This document shows positions 10,362 to 20,587 of a stretch of 64,000 bases of DNA, in pieces. Position 1 is the first letter of the stretch. Each line of letters begins with the position of its first letter. The notes beneath the pieces are model-generated. The model was not told where the DNA came from. It saw only the letters and a program-made list of their open reading frames with translations, and did no database searches. A program made the translations under genes and the position numbers. This DNA comes from Candidatus Hydrothermarchaeales archaeon (lineage in GTDB: Archaea > Hydrothermarchaeota > Hydrothermarchaeia > Hydrothermarchaeales > JAZGAD01): contig JAZGAD010000010.1 in the NCBI GenBank assembly GCA_036444275.1, forward strand, positions 14,271 through 78,270, in the 5' to 3' direction.

Positions 10362-10592
10362 ATGATTGCCAAGTCAGGGAAGATAAGTTCAAAGGGACAG
10401 ATTACTCTTCCGAAGGTGTTTAGGGAGCAATATCACCTAAAAGAGGGAAAAGAAGCACTGATGGTGCCAACGAAGGAGGGCATCCTGATAAAACACAAGA
10501 GGGAGTCTTTGAGGGGGATTCTTGTAGGAAAGATTGATACGGAAGGGTTCATTAGAGACCTCAAGAAGCTCCGGGAAGAATGGGAGCTATGA
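10362..10592 (+). CDS. AbrB/MazE/SpoVT (VapB-like) antitoxin
   Basis: KISSKGQITLPK motif. Confidence 0.85.
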   Translation: MIAKSGKISSKGQITLPKVFREQYHLKEGKEALMVPTKEGILIKHKRESLRGILVGKIDTEGFIRDLKKLREEWEL

Positions 10593-10612
10593 GCTATGTG
10601 GTGGATACAGTT
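10589..10612 (+). pseudogene. VapC/PIN toxin stub
   Basis: ATGA overlap with the antitoxin stop, reads MSYVVDT (PIN N-terminus), then similarity is lost. Confidence 0.5.
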
Positions 10613-10665
10613 AACTCTAACTTTCTATACACATGCCTAAATATAATAAAAGCAGGTTATAATGC

Positions 10666-11529
10666 ATGCAGATCGGAGTCGACATCGGTGGGACGAATAT
10701 TGAAGCCGCCCTCGTAGAAAGGGGTAAAGTTACTAAAAAAGCAAAGCGCAACACCGAAGCGGATAAAGGCAGAAAAGTAGTCCTCAAAAACATCGTTGAC
10801 GTGATAGCCGAGGTTTTTACCACAAGCGTAGAGGCGATAGGCGTAGGCATAGCCGGGCCATTCGATCAAAAGAAGTTCGTTATGCTTCAGTCGCCCCACA
10901 TTCCCTGCCTTGTCAATTTCCCTATTAAGGATTTTCTGGAGGAGACGTTCAAGGTCAAGGTCGCTGTCGGCAATGACGCGAGGATGTTCACTCTAGGCGT
11001 ATACGAGTTTGAATATAAAGACGTCAAGGATCTCGTAGGTCTAACGCTGGGTACCGGCGTTGGCGGCACTGCGATAATAGATGGAAAGATGGAGGAGAAT
11101 CCAAGGGATACCAGTGGGGAGATAGGGCATATCGTTATCAAAAAAAATGGGAGGCGGTGTGGTTGCGGTGCGAGGGGTTGCATAGAGGCTTATGTTTCGG
11201 GCAGTGCAATTGAAAGGCGGTATAAGGCATTAAGCGGCAAGTCTTTGGACGCGGAGGCGATAGCCGATAATGCAGTGAAAGGCGATAAGACAGCAAAGTG
11301 GGTTATAGAGGAGGCCGGAATTCAGCTTGTAAAGGGACTTACAAAGATTGTCGAGAAATACAGGCCAATGGTTATTGTCATCGGTGGAAGTGTGGCGAAC
11401 ACTGAGGATATTTTAGAAATTGCAAAAAAGGAGTTCAGGAAATTAATGCCAGATGCAAAGGTGAAGGTTGAAAAGTCTAGGCTAAAGGATGCTTCTTTGC
11501 TTGGTGCAGCGAAGTTTGCTGAAGGCTAA
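10666..11529 (+). CDS. ROK-family sugar kinase (glucokinase-like)
   Basis: GVDIGGT, ND, GTGVGG, GEIGH, CGCGARGCIE. Confidence 0.9.
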   Translation: MQIGVDIGGTNIEAALVERGKVTKKAKRNTEADKGRKVVLKNIVDVIAEVFTTSVEAIGVGIAGPFDQKKFVMLQSPHIPCLVNFPIKDFLEETFKVKVAVGNDARMFTLGVYEFEYKDVKDLVGLTLGTGVGGTAIIDGKMEENPRDTSGEIGHIVIKKNGRRCGCGARGCIEAYVSGSAIERRYKALSGKSLDAEAIADNAVKGDKTAKWVIEEAGIQLVKGLTKIVEKYRPMVIVIGGSVANTEDILEIAKKEFRKLMPDAKVKVEKSRLKDASLLGAAKFAEG

Positions 11530-11584
11530 TTATGTATTCTACGCACCCGGCGCTAAATACTTCAGCGTTATTACATCATTTGCT

Positions 11585-12628
11585 CTAAAATTCCTTCCTG
11601 TGTGGTTCAACGATTACCTTGAGGGATTCCTTTGCATCGGCGACGAGTTGAAATCCCAAGCCGGTTTCTTCCAAGTTTAATCGATGCGTAATCATGTCGT
11701 GCACATTCACATCTCTCGCGCTGATCATTTCTAGAGCTTTTGCTAGATCTTGAGGGCTAGCCCCATATGAAGTCATTAATGTAACCTCGTTGCGCCAAAG
11801 TTCATTTACAGGCACAGGCAGGTCAACCCCTGGCTTTGTCGGTGCGAAGAATATAACAGTACCTCCGCGATCCACAGATTGCAAAGCCTGGGCGAAGGTG
11901 TTAGTTGCTCCAGTGCAGACGATTACACGATCAGCAAGTGTGTTTTCATTGACTTGGCGCAAGCGGGTAGGCACATCCTCCTCTGCATGTATAACGACAT
12001 CTGCTCCAAATCGCCGTGCCGCATTCAAACGATACTCATTGATGTCCGTGGCAATTACTCTCTCTGCTCCCTTTACTCTGGCCAATTGCACATGAAGCAG
12101 TCCGGAGATGCCACTGCCTAAGACGAGTACACTATGGCCCTTCTTTACATTCCCTAGTCTTTGCCCCCGAAGTACGCAGGCCAGAGGCTCGATAAACGTA
12201 CCATCTTCATAAGATACCTCGTCGGGTAACAGATACACACCCCTCTCCACGTTTATTCTCGGGACACGAATGTATTCTGCGAAGCCACCTGGATCGAAGT
12301 TCGTTTTGTGTAAGGTTTCACATGCAGTATGGTGCCCGCTCAAACAGTAGCGGCATTCGTTGCAAGGTACGTGGTGGGAAACGAAAACCCTATCACCTGT
12401 TTTATAACGCTTCACGCCATCGCCGACCTCAACTATTTCGCCTGTTACCTCGTGGCCTAGTACAAGGGGCGCCTTTTTGACCCGGTACCACTCCATAACG
12501 TCGCTGCCGCAGATGCCACTCGCCATGACCTTAAGTAATATCTCTCCAGGATTGATCTTGGGCGTTGACATCTCCTCCAGGCGCACATCTTGGTTATTGT
12601 AATACATTGCTACGCGCATGATGCCCAA
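11585..12628 (-). CDS. Zn-dependent alcohol/polyol dehydrogenase (MDR family)
   Basis: CGSD, GHE, CxxCxxC..C, GSGISG. Confidence 0.9.
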   Translation of the reverse strand: MGIMRVAMYYNNQDVRLEEMSTPKINPGEILLKVMASGICGSDVMEWYRVKKAPLVLGHEVTGEIVEVGDGVKRYKTGDRVFVSHHVPCNECRYCLSGHHTACETLHKTNFDPGGFAEYIRVPRINVERGVYLLPDEVSYEDGTFIEPLACVLRGQRLGNVKKGHSVLVLGSGISGLLHVQLARVKGAERVIATDINEYRLNAARRFGADVVIHAEEDVPTRLRQVNENTLADRVIVCTGATNTFAQALQSVDRGGTVIFFAPTKPGVDLPVPVNELWRNEVTLMTSYGASPQDLAKALEMISARDVNVHDMITHRLNLEETGLGFQLVADAKESLKVIVEPHRKEF

Positions 12629-13162
12629 TTAGTCGCCCAGATAAAAGAAATTTGTGGTCGGAATGCTTTGCTTGTCGTTGCTATCTAAATAAAGGAGTCC
12701 TTCCTTGCTGCAAGGATAACTTTTTTTTAATTTTTGTACCTGATTAAATTAATGTTATATGGTCAGCAGATAGCAAGCCGCTTGCAAGGGCATAATATAT
12801 AAAAAATCCTCAACTAAACAATCAGAACCTTCATACTCGCTTAAGCACGAGGATCACCGCGTGAAATGAATACTTTTAATTCGCTGCCTCTGTAGGTGCA
12901 GGAGCCCAAATTATATTCTTTTTTTAGGTTATAGAATCCAGCATGACAAAATTGACACTCATCTATTCAACTATGTAAACCGAATGTATATGCCTCGCAA
13001 ATGGCTATAGTAACTACAAAGAGAGATTCGGGATTAAGAGGTTTAAAAATACAGCCACTAAGATAAACGTGATCCTGAGCATATGCCGTGAGGGAGAAAT
13101 GTTAAGAGGAAAGAAAATCGCGGCACGATTGGAAAGGCAGAGTCCGCGGAGGGGTAGATGAG

Positions 13163-15814
13163 ATGGCTGAAGGGCAAAGCGATGTGGATGTAATATTCTC
13201 GAAGGCGACTGAGCTTCACAACAAGGGTGATCTAAAAAAGGCCGCGCAACTCTACCACGAGGTTTTAGAAATAGATGAAAGCAACGCTAAGGCTTACGTC
13301 TTATTGGCTAATATCCTTTATTACTCTGGTGAGTCTATAGAGGCGGAGGAGTACTGTCTTAAGGCGATAGAGGTAGACCCAGATTACGCTATGGCGTATT
13401 TCAACATTGGCGTGATTAAACAGGATAAGGGGGACCTTGATGGGGCTGTGGAATTCTATGAAAAAGCCATCGAGAATAACTCAGAATACCCTCAAGCATA
13501 CTACAACCTTGGGGCCCTACTCAGGGATAAAGGTGATCTCTTCGAGGCGTTCAAAAATTTCAAGAAGGCCCTGGACCTAGATAAAAACGCCACGATATCG
13601 AAGGAGGAGATGGAAAAGATCTTCGATAGGGTTCAAAATGAGGTGATGAGGAGGGAGATAATAAGGGATGCAGAAGAGCTTCTTATGGAAGGGGGGGTGA
13701 TGGAGAAAGAAGGCGATCTAGAGATGGCGGTGGAGTTCTACAAGCGCGCCATAAAACTGAATCCAGAGTCTATAATCGCTTGTTACCTGCTGGGCATGGT
13801 ATATGAGAAACTAGGGGATATGAGGCTTGCTCTTGAAACCTATAACCGCATATTGGACATTGACCCAGATGTTGGCCTCAGGGATGCATCCCTCGAATCA
13901 ATCAAATTACTAAAGCACCTCACCGGCGTTCCTTTGCTTAGCATTGAGGATTTATCAAAGACTGCTGAGGCATTCCAGCATCGTCTTCGTGAAAAGCCCA
14001 GAGAGATGCTTTCATTCAGGGATTTCATCACAGAAGCCAAGTCGGAAGGACTAGAGTATTTTCTCAAGCAAGGGATAAAGGTGGAATCCCAAGGTGATAT
14101 AGATGAGGCCATCAAGGAGTACAAAAGGGCGATAGAGGCTAATCCTAGGGCCTCCCTTCCGTATTACCTGCTGGGGTTGTGCTTCGAATCCACGGACGAT
14201 ATGGACGGCGCTATTGAGAATTATCAAAAGGCAGCAGCTCTCGATTCTAATTTATCGACTAACGATTCTTGGGTGTTGAGTGCTCTTTTATCCGATAATC
14301 TCGGTGGCATAACGATGAATGCATATGAATGCTTTGAGACATTAAACAACTTCAAGAAATCCGCTGGCAAGAAAGAGGGAGGTTCTTTGGTAGCATTCGC
14401 CAAGAAACGTATCAGCAGAAAATCCGTAGAGGAGCTGAAAAAGGGATATCTCCTGGATTCTGGTGGAAATGCGAGTGGTGCTTTACAGAAATTCAGGGAG
14501 GCGGTTAGGATAGACCCCAACAACGCCATAGCATACGTTATCCTCGGGCTAGCTCAGGAGAGCCTAGAGGTCCCAGATGAGGCGATGAAGCAGTATACGA
14601 AGATGGATGAGCTCGATTTCAACAGTGCTAGCAGGGATGTCCCAGATGCGGTTTTAGACATCGTAAACGAATATATGACAAGGACCACAGCTAGTGGGCA
14701 TAGGGTGGGGTCGGTTCTGACCAAGTACATAGAGCTGGTTGTAAAAAATCCTGATAAGATGCTCGAACTCCTAGATTATATCGAGGACATAAAACTGGAT
14801 TCAATCTCGAGTATAATACGCGGGCATCTAAAGGACGAAGTAGTACCGAAAGAAGGTGGAAGGATAATAAAGGATGTTGAGGACTTCCGGGTTGAAGCAG
14901 CGGAGAGACAGAAGGAGGTACCCAAGCAGGTTGGCGTGGGAGCTGATATGGTTTCCTTTATTTGGAAGTACAAAACTGCTAGGACGATAAAAAGCATCGC
15001 TATTGATTCGCATGGGAGTAGCACACTAGCAGGTTCGGAGACTGGCGTGCTATACCACCTCGATAAAAATGGTGGTCTACTGAGGAAGCTTCAGATGGAG
15101 GCCGCAGTTATCGACCTAGATGTATCTCACGATGCGGCCCAAGCGGTAGTCGCGCTTCAGAATGGTGTAGTGAGACAAATAGATTTGAAAAAGGGCGAGG
15201 TCCTATGGGAGATAGACTTATCGAAGAATAGCCCTCGGAGCGTAGCCGTCTCCAAGGATGGAAAGCATGTGGCAGTTGGATTGCAGGATTCCCATATAGC
15301 CAAGCTATCGAGGGGTCGGGTTGAATGGATGCGCGCTACGAGGGGCTTCATATCGGGGGTTGGTATATCTAAGGATGGTCGGATCATAGTAGGTGCCTCC
15401 GATGAAGGCAACCTTTACGTAATAAAGGAAGGAGTTGATCTAACGCCCGATGAAGAGTTCATTTCCCTCCATAAGCCCCTGAGGACGATGGCAATATCGC
15501 CCGATGGGAAGTATGTAGCTGCCAGCACGGATGATGGAGACGTTTACCTATTCGACGAGAAGAAGAATGTCCTTTGGAAGCGTGAACTTGGGCAAATAGC
15601 CTATGGTTTATGCGTATCCAAAGACGCTAGGCACGTAGTAGTTGGGTTGTCTAATGGTAAGGCTTTACTCCACGATCGTGAAGGGAGATCGTTATGGGAA
15701 TATTCCAGTGGGGACAATATTTGGGATGTTGATATCAGCGAGGACGGAAAAAGCATCGTCTTAGGATGTGGGCTCGTCTTTGGCGGTGTTTACCTGCTGA
15801 AGTCAACCGTATGA
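13163..15814 (+). CDS. TPR-repeat protein with C-terminal WD40/PQQ-like beta-propeller
   Basis: Multiple TPRs (AYFNIG, AYYNLG, YLLG) and repeated ISxDG...W blades. Confidence 0.85.
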   Translation: MAEGQSDVDVIFSKATELHNKGDLKKAAQLYHEVLEIDESNAKAYVLLANILYYSGESIEAEEYCLKAIEVDPDYAMAYFNIGVIKQDKGDLDGAVEFYEKAIENNSEYPQAYYNLGALLRDKGDLFEAFKNFKKALDLDKNATISKEEMEKIFDRVQNEVMRREIIRDAEELLMEGGVMEKEGDLEMAVEFYKRAIKLNPESIIACYLLGMVYEKLGDMRLALETYNRILDIDPDVGLRDASLESIKLLKHLTGVPLLSIEDLSKTAEAFQHRLREKPREMLSFRDFITEAKSEGLEYFLKQGIKVESQGDIDEAIKEYKRAIEANPRASLPYYLLGLCFESTDDMDGAIENYQKAAALDSNLSTNDSWVLSALLSDNLGGITMNAYECFETLNNFKKSAGKKEGGSLVAFAKKRISRKSVEELKKGYLLDSGGNASGALQKFREAVRIDPNNAIAYVILGLAQESLEVPDEAMKQYTKMDELDFNSASRDVPDAVLDIVNEYMTRTTASGHRVGSVLTKYIELVVKNPDKMLELLDYIEDIKLDSISSIIRGHLKDEVVPKEGGRIIKDVEDFRVEAAERQKEVPKQVGVGADMVSFIWKYKTARTIKSIAIDSHGSSTLAGSETGVLYHLDKNGGLLRKLQMEAAVIDLDVSHDAAQAVVALQNGVVRQIDLKKGEVLWEIDLSKNSPRSVAVSKDGKHVAVGLQDSHIAKLSRGRVEWMRATRGFISGVGISKDGRIIVGASDEGNLYVIKEGVDLTPDEEFISLHKPLRTMAISPDGKYVAASTDDGDVYLFDEKKNVLWKRELGQIAYGLCVSKDARHVVVGLSNGKALLHDREGRSLWEYSSGDNIWDVDISEDGKSIVLGCGLVFGGVYLLKSTV

Positions 15815-15827
15815 TCGCTCACTCTGA

Positions 15828-15842
15828 AAAAAAGATTTAAGA
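15828..15842 (+). promoter_or_regulatory. BRE/TATA-like promoter of the tRNA
   Basis: Purine run followed by TTTAAG about 30 nt upstream of the tRNA 5' end. Confidence 0.5.
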
Positions 15843-15866
15843 TTATCAGCTTCTAAAACCATTTTT

Positions 15867-15939
15867 GGGCCCGTAATCTAGTGGCTATGACGTCAGTCTC
15901 ACATACTGATGGCTCCCGCTTCGAATCGGGGCGGGCCTA
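15867..15939 (+). tRNA. tRNA-Val(CAC), possibly degenerate
   Basis: Acceptor GGGCCCG/CGGGCCT, anticodon arm TCAGT-CT-CAC-AT-ACTGA, TTCGAAT loop. Confidence 0.8.
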
Positions 15940-15976
15940 TAATCGGCAAATAGTTTTGTAGCAAAAAGGAGAATAT

Positions 15977-17536
15977 CTACTTAAAACCTTTTTCGATATT
16001 CATTCCCTTCTCTTTCCCCTTTCTCCTCATCAAGAATATTCGGTTTATCCCAGAGATCATCGCCTCAACAGAGGCCATGACTATGTCCTCTCTAGCCGCT
16101 CTTCCTGTAGCTAGGTGCCCTTTCCCGTCCTCCAGTTTTACCATTACCTCGGCCAGAGCGTTAGAGCCCCCTGTTATCGCCTCAAGGTGATACTCAATGA
16201 GCATAATATCCTCTATGTCCTGCACTGTGCTTCTTATGGCATTCATGGCAGCGTCCACCGGACCTACGCCTGTATCAGCCCCCTTTATCTCCTTGCCCTT
16301 GAACCTCAGGGTGACAGAAGCAGTAGGCGTGATGCGATTTCCTGTCATCACCGTCACTTCCTTGAGGTCGACGAGCTTTTCCTTCCCGCCGAGCTCTCCC
16401 ACCACTGCCTCTGCTATTGCTTGAAGGTCAGCGTCAGTCACGCGCTTACCCTTGTCCCCAAGGTCCTTGACCCGATCAGTTATATCTAGGAGTTGGTCCT
16501 TGTTCACAGAGACGCCCATATCCTTGAGCATAGCCCCTATGCCATGCGTTCCAGCGTGTTTCCCAGAGATAAGCCTGCGCTTATGGCCAACCATTTCAGG
16601 CGTCATAACGCCAGGCTCAAAGGTGGCGCTCTTAGAGATCACGCCATGTGTATGTATGCCTGCCTCATGTGAAAACGCATTCTCACCTACTATAGGGAAA
16701 TTTGGAGGCATCCTTATGCCGGTAAACCTCTCCACTACCTTAGATGTCTCATAGAGGTACTGTGTCCTTATATTCGTCTTCACGCCGTAGATGGAGACCA
16801 GACTCATTACCGCTTCCTCCAAGTCAGCGTTTCCAGCGCGCTCGCCCAGGCCGTTCACAGCCACCTGGATCTCCCTAGCACCTGCTTCTACAGCGGCAAG
16901 AGTATTCGCTACAGCCAATCCGAAATCGTTGTGGCAGTGGACATCGATTGGGATCTTTACAGCTTCATAGACCTCCTCAGTCAGCTTGCGCATCGCCGAG
17001 GGTATCATCACCCCAACAGTATCAGGGATGTTAATAATGTCAGCCCCGGCATCTTCGGCAGCCTTGAACACTCTAATGAGGTAATCCAGATCCGTTCTAG
17101 TCGCATCCATCGCAGAGAAGAGGCACTCCACACCATGGTCCTTTATGTACTGCACAGAGTCTCCAGCCATCTTTACTATCTCTTCCTTGGATTTCTTGAT
17201 GGTGTACTTTATCTGGATGTCACTGGTTGAGACGAAAGTGTGCACTAGATCCACGTTACAATCCAGGCAGGCGTCTATGTCTCCTTTTTTTGTCCTGGAA
17301 AGACCGCATACAGTCGACTCGAGGCCCTCGGCAGCGATCCTTGAGACAGCTTCCTTCTCACCCTTCGAGGATATTGGAAAACCAGCCTCGATTATGTCTA
17401 CACCCAGCTTGTCCAGTTGCCGAGCAATAATCAGTTTTTCCTCGCTGGTCAGAGAAACCCCAGGTGTCTGCTCCCCATCACGGAGGGTGGTGTCAAAGAC
17501 ACGGACCTCCTTAGGCAGATTCATATCCTTCTTCAC
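15977..17536 (-). CDS. leuA: 2-isopropylmalate synthase (or citramalate synthase paralogue)
   Basis: [22 protein letters not shown] plus C-terminal regulatory domain (GVGPVDA). Confidence 0.8.
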   Translation of the reverse strand: MKKDMNLPKEVRVFDTTLRDGEQTPGVSLTSEEKLIIARQLDKLGVDIIEAGFPISSKGEKEAVSRIAAEGLESTVCGLSRTKKGDIDACLDCNVDLVHTFVSTSDIQIKYTIKKSKEEIVKMAGDSVQYIKDHGVECLFSAMDATRTDLDYLIRVFKAAEDAGADIINIPDTVGVMIPSAMRKLTEEVYEAVKIPIDVHCHNDFGLAVANTLAAVEAGAREIQVAVNGLGERAGNADLEEAVMSLVSIYGVKTNIRTQYLYETSKVVERFTGIRMPPNFPIVGENAFSHEAGIHTHGVISKSATFEPGVMTPEMVGHKRRLISGKHAGTHGIGAMLKDMGVSVNKDQLLDITDRVKDLGDKGKRVTDADLQAIAEAVVGELGGKEKLVDLKEVTVMTGNRITPTASVTLRFKGKEIKGADTGVGPVDAAMNAIRSTVQDIEDIMLIEYHLEAITGGSNALAEVMVKLEDGKGHLATGRAAREDIVMASVEAMISGINRIFLMRRKGKEKGMNIEKGFK

Positions 17537-17577
17537 GGCGCTAATGCCGTAAAAAGTAATCCCGTCCTTTCATTTTT

Positions 17578-18813
17578 TTAACCTCCCTCGAACTTTGCAG
17601 GCTCCGGATATAAATCTTCCCCAACTTTATCCTTGCTTCTCGCTTCTTCTTTCTTTTTCTCCTCCATTGGTTCATTCACCAGGCCCTTCACATCGTCATA
17701 GATAAGCCTGAAGTCCTCTTCCACACTGTAGAGCTTGCCGTCCAGAGCCTTGAGCCTGTCGAATATCCTAGAAAGCTTCTCTGAGTAGGTCCCGCGGCTC
17801 TTCAGCATCTTTCCCAGCTGGTAGAAGTACCTGATCCTCTCGCTGCGTTTTACCCCTGACAATGCAACCATCACCTCTAGGTCCTTCTTATCTGGAGAGG
17901 GAATGTCTCCTCCCCGCACCTCTACTCCACCTATGTTCTTCTCCACCCACAGCCTCGCTGGTATACTCCCCATGAAATCAATGCTCCTGGGCCCAGATAC
18001 TACGACCAAAGCCTTCTGAGCCTCGCCGACCTCGAATGGAAAGAGCATGTCAGCCGCTGCCTTCTCGGTAAGGGATACCACGAGCTCTGGCTTGCTAACG
18101 GTCTCCAAGTGCTTGGAGAACAAACCGGAGCGCTCTTCCCTTAACACATAGCTGCCTATGCCTATACTGCAGATGCCATTGAGTGTGTTTGTCACGTCCG
18201 TAGCAGTAACCACATTCTCCCCTAACTCCTCCTTGGACTTGTATTCGCCTATATCGAAGAGCTTTCTGAAATACCAGAAGAGCTGCTTATTGATGTGATT
18301 GTACCAAGGCCTCAACCTACGGCCACCCCTCAAGCGGTCGTTATCAATAGGGAATACTGCGTCGAATTTCGCTACGATATTCCTAAAGCACTCCGAGAAA
18401 TTAATTGCTGCCCTCTCGGGATCCTCTTCAGAGGGCAGGACGCCCATGCAGTAGACCGGCTCGGTAAAGCTTCTCTTAAGTTCTTCAGCGAGGACATCGA
18501 CAGCTCCACCTGTGCCCCCACCCATAGCCGAGATTACGAGTATGCAGTCCATCTCATCTTTTATTGAATCCATTCGATCCACTATTCTGTACTTCTCAGC
18601 CTCCATTATCTCCCGCCCGATCTCCAGCTCACCTCCAGTGCCATTTCCGTCCATCACATTATCGCCTAATAGGAGTTTATAGCGGTAGTCGAAATACTTC
18701 ACGTCAGAGTCCTCTGAGTCCATTAGGATGCCGGTATACGGCTCCTTAGAAGTCAGAAATAAGTCAGCTATCCTACACCCAGCTCTGCCTACACCAATAA
18801 TGAAAGGCTTCAA
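17578..18813 (-). CDS. cetZ: CetZ-like tubulin/FtsZ-superfamily protein
   Basis: IIGVGRAGCRIA, GNGTG, GGGTGG, IDND, ENVV..DVTNTL, VRGGD. Confidence 0.75.
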   Translation of the reverse strand: MKPFIIGVGRAGCRIADLFLTSKEPYTGILMDSEDSDVKYFDYRYKLLLGDNVMDGNGTGGELEIGREIMEAEKYRIVDRMDSIKDEMDCILVISAMGGGTGGAVDVLAEELKRSFTEPVYCMGVLPSEEDPERAAINFSECFRNIVAKFDAVFPIDNDRLRGGRRLRPWYNHINKQLFWYFRKLFDIGEYKSKEELGENVVTATDVTNTLNGICSIGIGSYVLREERSGLFSKHLETVSKPELVVSLTEKAAADMLFPFEVGEAQKALVVVSGPRSIDFMGSIPARLWVEKNIGGVEVRGGDIPSPDKKDLEVMVALSGVKRSERIRYFYQLGKMLKSRGTYSEKLSRIFDRLKALDGKLYSVEEDFRLIYDDVKGLVNEPMEEKKKEEARSKDKVGEDLYPEPAKFEGG

Positions 18814-18910
18814 TGAACTCCACCTAATTTTCTCTATTTAAAGAAGCTTGATAAATCTTTCCTTTTTTGGTGAAGTGTGAAGCGTAACTTTTAAATCTTA
18901 ACAGTGTGCA

Positions 18911-19462
18911 TTGAAGTCGATGATACCTCGAAAGATGTTTTTGACCAAGGGAGTGGGAAGGCACAAGGAAAAGCTGCAGTCCTTCGAATTAGCACTTAGG
19001 GATGCGGGCATAGAGAAGTTTAACATTGTACGGGTCTCTAGCATCCTGCCTCCAAAGTGTAAGATCATCTCCCGGGAAGCTGGCCTTAAAAAGCTGGAAG
19101 CAGGGCAGATCATTAACTGCGTTCTGAGCGAGAATGCCAGCAACGAGCCCAACCGCCTTATAGTTGCTTCCATCGGTTGTGCCATCCCAGCTAACAAGGA
19201 CCAGTACGGCTACCTCAGCGAGCACCACTCATTCGGCGAAAAAGAAGGCAAAGCTAGTGACTATGCCGAGGATCTAGCGGCCTGCATGCTGGCAACTACC
19301 TTGGGCATCGAGTTCGACGTGGACAAGAGCTACGATGAGCGTAAGGAAGTCTGGAAGATGAGTGGCAAGATAGTCAGGACTAGGAGCCTAACACAGTCAG
19401 CCATAGTAAACCCAAGCGGAAAGTGGACCACTGTTATTGCTGCCGCGGTCTTCATACCTTAA
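18911..19462 (+). CDS. pdaD: Pyruvoyl-dependent arginine decarboxylase
   Basis: SFELALRDAGI, NIVRVSSILP cleavage site, YGYLSEHH. Confidence 0.9.
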   Translation: MKSMIPRKMFLTKGVGRHKEKLQSFELALRDAGIEKFNIVRVSSILPPKCKIISREAGLKKLEAGQIINCVLSENASNEPNRLIVASIGCAIPANKDQYGYLSEHHSFGEKEGKASDYAEDLAACMLATTLGIEFDVDKSYDERKEVWKMSGKIVRTRSLTQSAIVNPSGKWTTVIAAAVFIP

Positions 19463-19589
19463 TTTAATCCCCGTGTTTTAGACACATAGTCATTAGAGAG
19501 AAAAGTTCAACTTCTGGAGAATCTCTTTTTTTGTGATTTTGTGATATATAAATAACGAATTTTATATAGCAATTTTCATATTCTTCTAT

Positions 19590-20495
19590 ATGAAGAAACT
19601 TTTACTGTTACTGTTGCTCCTGCTCCTTCTGAGCCCTGCGCTCGTTCATGCTACTCAACTAAGATCATACAAGATATTGGCAGAGATAAAGGGCGGGATA
19701 GTCCATGAGGAATTGTTGATCTCCCTTTTCAATGATGGTCAAAGCGAACTCATCTCAGGCTCGATTACTGCCCCCATATCTGCTGAAATAGTCTCTATTA
19801 GAGATACCTACGGCCAGCTGGGCTACCAGATACAGAGTGATGGCATTCAAACTATGAATTTCAATTTTAGCATTCCTATTCACCCCGGTGAAGAGCGTTT
19901 GGTGATTGCGAGTATTAAGGCTCCTTTGATCACGCAAAAAGAGGAATATTCTGAATATCTCTTGGTATTCACGCCAAAGCAGAACATCTCTGACTTTGAG
20001 CACGTCCTCAAGCTTCCGAAGAACGCTGAACTATACTCCCCAAGGGAATCATTTTCAATGGTGGTGCCTGAAGGAAAGATCTCAGAAGAACCTAGTGCCA
20101 TAACCCTAACTTGGAGGATGGGCCTGAAAGCAAACGAACCAACTGTCTTCCTGGTGAGATACCGCGTTCCAGCATTTCCCTGGGAAAAGCTTGCCTATGC
20201 ACTGTTCGCCTTGGGCAGCTTGCTGGCAGGTGCTTTCTTAGGCAATAAATTTTGGATTAGGCGTAAGAGGGCTAAGACCATCAAGTCCCTTAAAATCTTA
20301 AATGAGAGGGAAAGATTTGTATTAGAGGAGATAATAAAGAATGAAGGGATAAAGCAGCGTGAGCTTATAGGTAAACTCGGCTACACCAAGTCGAGCCTGA
20401 GCAAAATCCTGTCTAAATTAGAGGCCCGGGGTCTGATTAGAAAGGTCAAATCCGGGAAGGTAAACAGGCTTTATCCCGGTGAGAAAATAAGATAA
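19590..20495 (+). CDS. Membrane-anchored wHTH regulator with extracellular domain
   Basis: Signal peptide, single TM helix, C-terminal wHTH (IKQRELIGKLGYTKSSLSKILSKLEARGLI). Confidence 0.75.
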   Translation: MKKLLLLLLLLLLLSPALVHATQLRSYKILAEIKGGIVHEELLISLFNDGQSELISGSITAPISAEIVSIRDTYGQLGYQIQSDGIQTMNFNFSIPIHPGEERLVIASIKAPLITQKEEYSEYLLVFTPKQNISDFEHVLKLPKNAELYSPRESFSMVVPEGKISEEPSAITLTWRMGLKANEPTVFLVRYRVPAFPWEKLAYALFALGSLLAGAFLGNKFWIRRKRAKTIKSLKILNERERFVLEEIIKNEGIKQRELIGKLGYTKSSLSKILSKLEARGLIRKVKSGKVNRLYPGEKIR

Positions 20496-20587
20496 GGCAA
20501 TAGTCAGCGTATAGTTGAAACAGTTGCTGCAATAGAACTAAGCATAGTTTCCTCCTAGATATAGTCAAAAACAAGGAGGTTTAAGAA

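Noticed and set aside
12629-13162. 530-bp intergenic region as an ncRNA or element
   Set aside because: Only short palindromes and TATA-like tracts; consistent with divergent promoters and decayed sequence.
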